Shown piece by piece: positions 28,174 to 35,802 of a stretch of 64,000 bases of DNA. Source of the stretch: a candidate division TM6 bacterium GW2011_GWF2_32_72 (GTDB lineage: Bacteria; Babelota; Babeliae; Babelales; CAIQNR01). Below the pieces are notes generated by a model. It was not told where the DNA came from, made no database searches, and saw nothing but the letters and a program-made list of their open reading frames with translations. Position 1 is the stretch's first letter, and each line of letters starts with the position of its first letter. The stretch is taken from contig CAMCVM010000001.1 of assembly GCA_945882015.1 (NCBI GenBank), forward strand, positions 6,888-70,887. Reading direction: 5' to 3'. The position numbers and the translations under genes are program-made.

Positions 28174-28742
28174 AACCAGTTCCCATCATCTGCATGATTG
28201 CCTATTTCTTGAATGGTTTTATGCGTGCATCGGCCTGCTAAAATTTCAAAAGTAAGTAAAATGAGCAATCCTATTTGGGTTACATATCCAACAGCAATAG
28301 TGGATATTTTTAGAATAAAAGAAGATTGATTGTGTAGTAAAAAAAGAGCAACTAAGCAAAGAACAATATAAACAGCGATTATTATAAAAACTAATCGAGT
28401 GTGAATCATGCCTTGGCCAAAATGATGATAAAAAAAACGATCGATTACTAAAAAACAGGCATGTAAAACAAAAGCACACAAGGCATGCGGGACAACAATA
28501 GTAGTAAGGACAGTTTGAAGATTATCAGGAAGCATATGGAAAATTATAAGAGTAATAAAAAGATCTAAAACCGCTAAAGAAATCCATGATATAATTTTAA
28601 GAATAGGCATTTCTTTTTTAATGCACCACTGCATTACTGCATAAGTTATTCCCAGCACAAAAATCCAAACTAAAAAAAGTGAGCTGGCATAAAGAGCTAC
28701 TTGCCCAAAAAATCCAACTATTTTTTCTATCATATTTACCAC
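28170..28742 (-). CDS. multi-TM hypothetical membrane protein
   Basis: About 5 hydrophobic helices; AGGTG upstream of MIEK. Confidence 0.7.
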   Translation of the reverse strand: MVNMIEKIVGFFGQVALYASSLFLVWIFVLGITYAVMQWCIKKEMPILKIISWISLAVLDLFITLIIFHMLPDNLQTVLTTIVVPHALCAFVLHACFLVIDRFFYHHFGQGMIHTRLVFIIIAVYIVLCLVALFLLHNQSSFILKISTIAVGYVTQIGLLILLTFEILAGRCTHKTIQEIGNHADDGNWL

Positions 28743-28881
28743 CTACTTCTCTTTTTCCCATCGCTTTTATTATATCCTATCAACAATTAAGCTTAGATTT
28801 CAATATTCGAGCTCACTTTTCTTTCTTTTGCCTACTAAATGGCCTATACTAAAAAACTTATCACCCATAAGGAGTCTTTAT

Positions 28882-30273
28882 ATGAATCAGATTTATTTGG
28901 TTGCATTTGCTACCTATATTTCAGTGTTGGCTTTTATTACTTTTTCTTTTTATAAAAAAAGCAGTTCAAGCTCTGACTTTCTTTTAGGAAACCGCTCACT
29001 TGGTTATTTTGCAACAGCAATTGCTGCGCATTCAAGTGATATGAGTATCTGGCTTTTTATGGGATTTCCCTCATTAATTTATCTTGGGGGCATGCAAAAA
29101 GCCTGGATTGTTATTGGCCTTTTAATTGGGATGTATTGTTCTTGGACCTTTATTGCCTCACGTTTACGTCAAGCAACAGAAGACTATCAAAGTAATACCC
29201 TTTCTGAATTTCTTGAACATCGCTTTCAAGACAAAACTGGTGTATTACGTATTATCAGTGCCTGCTTAGCCTTATTGTTTTTTTTATTTTACATCTCATC
29301 AGCATTAGTTGCGATGGGGATTGTATTTGAATCAGTGTTTGAAATCAATTACCATATTGGTGTTTTTTGTGGACTGCTTACTACCGTTCTTTATATCTTA
29401 GCCGGTGGATTTACTGCTATTGCAGTCTGCGATCTTTTTCAAGGTATGTTTTTAGTCGCAATGATTGTTCTAGTACCCTTATTTGGCTACTCACATCTTG
29501 ACAATGGTTTTGCAACCATTACAGACATTGCTTACCTTAAAAATATTTCTTTATCTTTAATTCCTTCAACCGGTCAAGAACTGGTAAAATGCTTATTATT
29601 AGCAATTGGATGGGGTCTGGGCTATTTTGGTCAGCCTCATATTTTAGTTAATTTTATGGGTATTAAAGATATTAAAAACATGCACAAAGCAAAATATGTG
29701 GGTATGGTATGGCAACTATTTACTTTAACAGCCGCATTGCTGGTTGGTTTAATTGGAATTGGGCTTTTTACCACAACACTGGCTCAGCCTGAACTTGTTT
29801 TTGTAGTAATGGTACAAAAAATATTTTCTCCATTTTTTGCTGGCTTTGTTTTATGTGCAATTCTTGCAGCTGGACTAACCACCATTGATACACAAATTTT
29901 AGTTTCTGCTTCTATTTTTTCTGAAGATATTTATAAACGATATCTGAATAAAAAAGCAACGCAACAGCAAGTTTTGTTAGTGTCTCGTATTGCAATTATT
30001 GTAGTTCCACTGTTAAGTTTTATGATTGCTTCGGGCAAAAGTTCTTCTGTTGCTGGACTGGTTGATTATGCTTGGAATGGACTGGGCTGCACCTTTGGAC
30101 CTGCTTTATTAATGGCGCTGTACAGTAAACGTGCAACGACCAATGGCATTATTCTAGGAATGTTAACTGGTGGAACTATTGCTGCATTGTGGCCTTTGAC
30201 AGGTTACAGCGTTCCGGCAATGATTCCTGGATTTTTTACTAATCTTTTGATTGTTTTGTTATTAAGAAGATAA
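28882..30273 (+). CDS. putP: sodium/proline symporter (SSS family)
   Basis: SSDMSIWLFMGFP, WGLGYFGQPHIL, AILAAGLTTIDTQ, YAWNGLGCTFGP; start after AAGGAG at 28882. Confidence 0.93.
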   Translation: MNQIYLVAFATYISVLAFITFSFYKKSSSSSDFLLGNRSLGYFATAIAAHSSDMSIWLFMGFPSLIYLGGMQKAWIVIGLLIGMYCSWTFIASRLRQATEDYQSNTLSEFLEHRFQDKTGVLRIISACLALLFFLFYISSALVAMGIVFESVFEINYHIGVFCGLLTTVLYILAGGFTAIAVCDLFQGMFLVAMIVLVPLFGYSHLDNGFATITDIAYLKNISLSLIPSTGQELVKCLLLAIGWGLGYFGQPHILVNFMGIKDIKNMHKAKYVGMVWQLFTLTAALLVGLIGIGLFTTTLAQPELVFVVMVQKIFSPFFAGFVLCAILAAGLTTIDTQILVSASIFSEDIYKRYLNKKATQQQVLLVSRIAIIVVPLLSFMIASGKSSSVAGLVDYAWNGLGCTFGPALLMALYSKRATTNGIILGMLTGGTIAALWPLTGYSVPAMIPGFFTNLLIVLLLRR

Positions 30274-30274
30274 A

Positions 30275-30514
30275 CTACCGAGTTGAAGCTTTTGGTGCAT
30301 TTAAAGTATTATTACGTGGATCAGTTACTGATCCCTGCCCTGTTTTCATGTTAAACCAACACTCAGAAAACATTTCATATGCCCATCCATCCCATGTGTC
30401 ATCATAAAAAGCTACTTGTGCTGACTCCTGATTTATCGGAGCTTGCGGTTGCTCTGCAGACTCAATACTTTTAAAAAATACTAAAAAAACTAGAAACAAT
30501 ATTACTTTTTTCAT
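30275..30514 (-). CDS. small exported peptide A (79 aa)
   Basis: Signal MKKVILFLVFLVFFKSIESA; GAGG RBS; paralogous leader to 30527-30736. Confidence 0.75.
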   Translation of the reverse strand: MKKVILFLVFLVFFKSIESAEQPQAPINQESAQVAFYDDTWDGWAYEMFSECWFNMKTGQGSVTDPRNNTLNAPKASTR

Positions 30515-30526
30515 ACTTACCTCTTC

Positions 30527-30736
30527 TTACTTTTTTTTATTTCCTTCATTCTGAGACCCCAAATTAATTGGACCCTTTGCAATATCAATCGGACCAATTC
30601 CTGGAATAAATATTACGCCAGGTGATGTTTGCTTAAAAGCTGTATAAGTAATTGCAGCAGCTTGAGGCTTAATCTCTGCGCATTGTAAACTTTTTAGAGC
30701 TGCTAAAAAAATTAAAAAGAATACTACTTTTTTCAT
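30527..30736 (-). CDS. small exported peptide B (69 aa)
   Basis: Signal MKKVVFFLIFLAALKSLQCA; AAGGA RBS. Confidence 0.75.
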   Translation of the reverse strand: MKKVVFFLIFLAALKSLQCAEIKPQAAAITYTAFKQTSPGVIFIPGIGPIDIAKGPINLGSQNEGNKKK

Positions 30737-30748
30737 ACTTACTTTCCT

Positions 30749-31219
30749 TTACCATAACCGTTTTAATTTTGATCCACCAACATCAAAGATAATATGTGAT
30801 ATTGCACCAACTGCAAAGAAAAAGGTATCAAACATCAATCTTGAATAGACTGCTGGGTATAAACGGGTTACAAAAAAAACAGAAGCACACGAAAGTGCAA
30901 TAATAAACCAAATTTTATGGAATAGCCCACGGTGATGAACCAGTAAGGGCAGCAGTGCTAGTAAAGCAGTCCAGATAAAAAGAGCAATCTGTTTTTTATA
31001 TAAAAGTACCAATAATACAATTGCAACTACTTTGTAAAAAAGCATCTGCCCTTGACTTTTGGTATCAATATCAGGGAACAAAGAACCAATAATACAACAC
31101 AAAAACCATTCAAGTGCTATTGCAATTGAAGGTTTTGCAATACAATAGGTTGCCACCAAAAAGAGTGCGCCTATATAAAAAAGAGCTCCACCAACTACGT
31201 GCGTTTTATACCCTGGCAT
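30749..31219 (-). CDS. membrane-bound metal-dependent hydrolase (YdjM-like)
   Basis: YKTH, GSLFPDID, HRGLFH, SHIIFD motifs. Confidence 0.88.
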   Translation of the reverse strand: MPGYKTHVVGGALFYIGALFLVATYCIAKPSIAIALEWFLCCIIGSLFPDIDTKSQGQMLFYKVVAIVLLVLLYKKQIALFIWTALLALLPLLVHHRGLFHKIWFIIALSCASVFFVTRLYPAVYSRLMFDTFFFAVGAISHIIFDVGGSKLKRLW

Positions 31220-31234
31220 AAGCCAACATCCTTT

Positions 31235-32374
31235 TTATTCAACGGCTGTTATATCATCATGTAAACGCATAAAAACCGTCCCTGGATAAAAAAATTTCAG
31301 AATCAGTTCATATGACCAACCAAGTCGAACCATTTCCCGTGCACCCCATTGGCATAATCCAATATGATGTCCAAATCCTTTACCAGAAAAATGATATTTT
31401 TTACCCTGTTTTTTAACGGTGAATGCGTAACTTTTAATCGGCAACAATTTATATAACTCATGAACGGAAAAATATACATCTTTATGCGCTGTTTTAAGTA
31501 CCACTTTTTGCACTACTCCAGCCTTATCTTTTTTGATAATCTTAAGATCTTTTACTGATCCTAATGGTGTTTGAAACCCCTCTTGTAGTTTATGTTGTAA
31601 TTGTTCAGCCGCATAAGAAAAACTCCAATTAAAACTTTTACAATCTTTGCAAAAGGTACACGCATAATTTCGTGCAAGATACGGAACCTTTTCAAAATCA
31701 ACAATGCCAGTCACATTACTTGGAATAATTGACCCGCAACAAATATCAAACATGGCCAGAATCGGTTGCCCGTCGTACCCTAAAAAAAGTCCTCGTGTTT
31801 GATCGACTGCTTGACGAATAATCGCACAGGTATGCACTCCACGATATTGTTGGTGATGATTAGTATTCCTGATATGAAAGAGTGATTTTTTCTTCCGAGC
31901 TTTAAGCAACTGATGCAAAACATAACTGCGAGATGCAACCGCAAAAACTTTATTAACCTCAAGTGGCCAACCGGGCCAACTTTCTGCTTTAACTACCGCA
32001 AAAACATATTCTTCAACATCGACAACATTAATTAAATAATATTTGCCTTCTTGTCTTGCAACCATAAAAAACCCATCATAATGATCTTGTTCAAATTGAG
32101 CATGGTCATTAATCGGTTGTAAATAGAGTTGATCTTCTTTAAAGGCTTTACCATTAATCATAAATTGGTTGTGTTCAACAGTTATGGTCAAACGACGATG
32201 GCTTGAAAGTAATGGTAATTTTTTTCCAGTTTTTGGATTTTGAAACGTAAAACCCGCTCCGGCGCTAATATGCCACACAGGGCTTTCTGATTCTGCAATT
32301 AACACTCTGATTGCTGTTGCAGACAAACTACTACTGCTTAAGAGTAGTATAAGAATTTTATATAAAAATTTCAT
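31235..32374 (-). CDS. SpoIID/LytB-domain lytic transglycosylase
   Basis: INVVDVEEYVFAVVKAE, AVASRSY, QQYRG, GFGHHIGLCQWGA, ILKFFYPG; signal peptide. Confidence 0.92.
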   Translation of the reverse strand: MKFLYKILILLLSSSSLSATAIRVLIAESESPVWHISAGAGFTFQNPKTGKKLPLLSSHRRLTITVEHNQFMINGKAFKEDQLYLQPINDHAQFEQDHYDGFFMVARQEGKYYLINVVDVEEYVFAVVKAESWPGWPLEVNKVFAVASRSYVLHQLLKARKKKSLFHIRNTNHHQQYRGVHTCAIIRQAVDQTRGLFLGYDGQPILAMFDICCGSIIPSNVTGIVDFEKVPYLARNYACTFCKDCKSFNWSFSYAAEQLQHKLQEGFQTPLGSVKDLKIIKKDKAGVVQKVVLKTAHKDVYFSVHELYKLLPIKSYAFTVKKQGKKYHFSGKGFGHHIGLCQWGAREMVRLGWSYELILKFFYPGTVFMRLHDDITAVE

Positions 32375-32882
32375 AACTGCGCAATGTATCCAGCATTTTT
32401 AGAGGTAATGTTATATTTTCATCAATGCCTTTATTTGCAAGTGCATCAGCTACAGTATTATATTCACGTTCAACATGTTTAAATAAAGCTTTAATAGTTC
32501 CAAGTTCTGAAAAAATAGCAGCGTGCAACTGTTGCAACTCTGGTTTTCTCACTTTATAGGTAGCATCAAGTTGGCGAATTAATAATTGTGAGTCAGAAAT
32601 GATAGTAACCCCTTCACCTGGCTTTATCTCTTTTTTAAGCAGCATAACACCAATCAGCAAAGCCAAATATTCAGCTTCATTATTAGTTTTTTTGCCTAAT
32701 ACAAAGCCAGCTTTTACCCTATCTTGCGTGTCTTTTTTAAGATAAATCCCAGCTCCAGCTTTACCCGGATTACCCCGTGAAGCTCCATCAACACGAAGTT
32801 CCCATTCATACTTGTTTTTTTTGCCGGTTAAGGTTTCATAGACCGTTTCAAAAATAGATTTTTGAACTTCATTACTCATCAA
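32358..32882 (-). CDS. rnhA: ribonuclease HI
   Basis: VDGASRGNPG, TNNEAEY, SDSQL, HVEREYNTVADALAN. Confidence 0.95.
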   Translation of the reverse strand: MMSNEVQKSIFETVYETLTGKKNKYEWELRVDGASRGNPGKAGAGIYLKKDTQDRVKAGFVLGKKTNNEAEYLALLIGVMLLKKEIKPGEGVTIISDSQLLIRQLDATYKVRKPELQQLHAAIFSELGTIKALFKHVEREYNTVADALANKGIDENITLPLKMLDTLRSYEIFI

Positions 32883-33607
32883 GCAACTTCTCCTGAGTCT
32901 TGAACACGCTCTTTACTGTATAAAAAGCGATAACACCCTTTACACTCGATCAACTGATGATCAAGCACTGATAAAAAATCTTGATGAGGAATACTATAAA
33001 AACAGGCTGTACAGCTTCCATTAACAACTGGAACAACGGGATTAGGAACACAATTACGCATGCGTGAATATTTTTCCATCCATTCTTGCGGTACTTGTTT
33101 TTCTTTTGTTAGTCGTTCAGGCTGTGTGCTTTGTAGTAATTTTTCTAATTGATTAATGCGACTTTTTTTTGCATCTAATAAAGCTTGCACCGCACCTTGT
33201 TTTTCAAGCAACTCCTGCTCATGTTTATGCATCTCTTTTTCAAGCGATTCTAAACTATTCCAAGCAATCATTAAGGTGCTTTCATAATCATGTTGCTTTT
33301 TTTTAAGACGATTAATTTCTTCTTTAATTGCTTGATGCTCTCTGTCATTTTTAACACCAGCAAGGCGCTCTTTAGACTTTCTTTCTTGTTCATCAAAATC
33401 TTTCATTTGATGTTCTTTATTTTCTACTTCTTTTTTCAAAGTTTTGATTTTTGTCTGTCCTGCTTGCAACTGGCCTGCATAATCTAACAAAACTTTGTCC
33501 AAGTGACTTATTTCTTGAATAAGTGTTTGAATTTCTTTTTCCATGACAAAAAGAGATTGATCAAAAGTAATCAGATCAATAAACGAATCGAATGCATTTT
33601 TTACCAC
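32879..33607 (-). CDS. coiled-coil plus C4 zinc-ribbon protein (DUF164/CT398-like)
   Basis: Long coiled coil then CTAC...CKGCYRFLY. Confidence 0.9.
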   Translation of the reverse strand: MVKNAFDSFIDLITFDQSLFVMEKEIQTLIQEISHLDKVLLDYAGQLQAGQTKIKTLKKEVENKEHQMKDFDEQERKSKERLAGVKNDREHQAIKEEINRLKKKQHDYESTLMIAWNSLESLEKEMHKHEQELLEKQGAVQALLDAKKSRINQLEKLLQSTQPERLTKEKQVPQEWMEKYSRMRNCVPNPVVPVVNGSCTACFYSIPHQDFLSVLDHQLIECKGCYRFLYSKERVQDSGEVA

Positions 33608-33682
33608 ATCTCATCCTTTAAAGTTTTGTTCTCAATGATACCTTTAGATACTGTACTGAACAATTTTTTTTAGATTTTAAAA

Positions 33683-33759
33683 TGGTGGGCCCACCAGGAC
33701 TTGAACCTGGGACCTTTCGGTTATGAGCCGACTGCTCTAACCACCTGAGCTATGGGCCC
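33683..33759 (-). tRNA. tRNA-Ile2 (CAT, lysidine type); CCA encoded
   Basis: GGGCCCATAGCTCAGGTGGTTAGAGCAGTCGGCTCATAACCGAAAGGTCCCAGGTTCAAGTCCTGGTGGGCCCACCA; Ile-type acceptor stem. Confidence 0.9.
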
Positions 33760-33838
33760 GCCATGATAGTTTAATAATAAAACTATTATCAAACTATGTA
33801 TACTCTGCAGTTTAAAGTATTTTTATACTCTTGCCAAA

Positions 33839-34837
33839 TCATGAATACTTTATCAAAAAATCTTTAAGCCTACAACTATAGGCCCACTCATTGTCATACC
33901 AGCCAAAAAGCTTGCCCAATTGCCCAGTAACACTGGTCATTAACGTGTCTACTACTACAGAATGGCTATTGTTACTAAAATCAGTTGAAACCAAAGGTTG
34001 GTCAGTTAAATCAATAATATGCTTGAGGGTTTCAGATTGAGCCTGTTGTAATGCTTGATGCAAAGAATCAATAGTTAATGGTTTTTGTGCAACAAATGTT
34101 AAATCAATCAATGATACTTTTGCAACTGGAACACGCAACGAACACCCTTCTAACTTTCCGTGCAACGCTGGTATTATTTTTGAAACAGTTTTCATTGCTC
34201 CGGTTGTTGTTGGAATAATATTTAAAGCAGCTGCGCGAGCTCTTCGCAAATCGGCTTTATCAAGATCTAAAAGCACTTGATCATTGGTATAAGCATGCAC
34301 CGTAGTCATATATGCTGATTGAATAGCAAACGTATCATGCACTACTTTTAAAAGAGGAACAACTGCATTGGTGGTGCAGCTTCCTAATGAAACAACGGTA
34401 TGTTCTTTTTTATAATCAGCTTCATTAATGCCCATAATAATGGTAGCATCTGCATCATCACAAGGAGCTGAAATAAGTACTTTTTGCGCACCTGCACGTT
34501 GATGCTTTTGTGCTAACGCTTTTGAAGTAAATTTACCGGAACATTCAACCACCCAATCAATTGAGAGTGCTTTCCATGGTAATTTTTCAGGATCACTTTC
34601 TGCAAAAAGAGCGATGTTCTTTCCGTCGATAATAAGATAGTTTTGATGTTGGCTGACACTGCCTTGATAAGTCCCTAGAAGCGTATCAAACTTAAAGGCA
34701 TGAGCTATATGCTCAATTCCAGATGGACCGACATTAATTGCTACAATTTCTATTTTTTTAAGTACTGCTTTATCTTGTAACAGTGCTCTTAAAAAATTTT
34801 TCCCTATTCTTCCAAATCCATTGATTGCAATCTTCAT
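33839..34837 (-). CDS. gap: type I glyceraldehyde-3-phosphate dehydrogenase
   Basis: INGFGRIG, SCTTN, HAYTNDQ, RARAAALNIIPTTTGA, WYDNEW. Confidence 0.96.
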   Translation of the reverse strand: MKIAINGFGRIGKNFLRALLQDKAVLKKIEIVAINVGPSGIEHIAHAFKFDTLLGTYQGSVSQHQNYLIIDGKNIALFAESDPEKLPWKALSIDWVVECSGKFTSKALAQKHQRAGAQKVLISAPCDDADATIIMGINEADYKKEHTVVSLGSCTTNAVVPLLKVVHDTFAIQSAYMTTVHAYTNDQVLLDLDKADLRRARAAALNIIPTTTGAMKTVSKIIPALHGKLEGCSLRVPVAKVSLIDLTFVAQKPLTIDSLHQALQQAQSETLKHIIDLTDQPLVSTDFSNNSHSVVVDTLMTSVTGQLGKLFGWYDNEWAYSCRLKDFLIKYS

Positions 34838-34860
34838 TATTATCCCTTTTTATCGTTCAT

Positions 34861-35691
34861 TCAAGACTTATCCCATGATTTGGCAAGCATTAATAATTGT
34901 TTTTCTTCTGCCTCAGTTTCAACTAATGGAATCTCAAGAATAATTGGTACGTCTTTGCATAAAGGATGCTTCATAAATCTTTGCAATGCTGCGGTTCCTA
35001 TTTGACCCTTTTGCAAAGCAGCATGATGATCAATAAAAGAACCCCGCTTTTCAGATGTCTCATTAAGATGCAAAAGCACTAATTTATCTTTACCTATAAT
35101 CTGTTCAACTTTTTCCAAAAAAAGATCTTGTTGTTTTTCATCGACAATATCATACCCAAATGAATGAGCATGGGCAGTATCAATACAGAAAAAAATACGC
35201 TCTGGCTCATTGAGTAACGTAAGTAATTTTGCAAAATCAGCCAAATCACCTCCAACTGTTTTTTTTGCATGGGCTGCATTTTCAAGAACAATTTTCATAT
35301 CTTTTTCTAAAGAAAGTGCCTTATTAAGAGCTTTTGATAAATAGACAATCCCTTCATCTTTGGTTTCACAGCCTGTGGCTGACCCAGGATGAATAATAAT
35401 ATGAGTAAACCCTAATAACTTACCCAAAGCCATTTCTTTTTGAAATGCTCTCCACCCATTATTCCGTTTACCTGCAAGATTAACCCAGTAGGAAGCATGC
35501 AAATACACTGCATCAAATTTTTTACTTAACTGCTGACACTTTTTAATATCTTCTTCTGAAATTTTAAGATATTGGTTACTACCTTGTGTTAATAAAAAAC
35601 ATTGAAAAATAGAACTTTTAAGTCGTAAAGCTTTTTCAAAAAGCTCAGAAAGATGTTCTTCTAACCGTAAATGTAATCCAATAGGACGCAC
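34861..35691 (-). CDS. nfo: endonuclease IV
   Basis: HASYWVNLA, HPGS, LEN, CIDTAH, HLNE, DHH, ILE metal ligands. Confidence 0.93.
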   Translation of the reverse strand: MRPIGLHLRLEEHLSELFEKALRLKSSIFQCFLLTQGSNQYLKISEEDIKKCQQLSKKFDAVYLHASYWVNLAGKRNNGWRAFQKEMALGKLLGFTHIIIHPGSATGCETKDEGIVYLSKALNKALSLEKDMKIVLENAAHAKKTVGGDLADFAKLLTLLNEPERIFFCIDTAHAHSFGYDIVDEKQQDLFLEKVEQIIGKDKLVLLHLNETSEKRGSFIDHHAALQKGQIGTAALQRFMKHPLCKDVPIILEIPLVETEAEEKQLLMLAKSWDKS

Positions 35692-35802
35692 AATTATTCC
35701 TTGCGTATAACTTTTATTTATTAAACTGTCATAATAATAACAAACTTATTTTTTTCGATACAATAAAAACCAATGAGAAAAATACATTAAGGAGCATTAA
35801 CC

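Noticed and set aside
31235-32374. SpoIID as evidence of sporulation
   Set aside because: SpoIID/LytB domains are widespread in non-sporulating bacteria; no other spo genes here
16642-33759. tRNA genes as integration sites for an island or prophage
   Set aside because: No integrase, no duplicated tRNA 3' ends, and flanking genes are housekeeping
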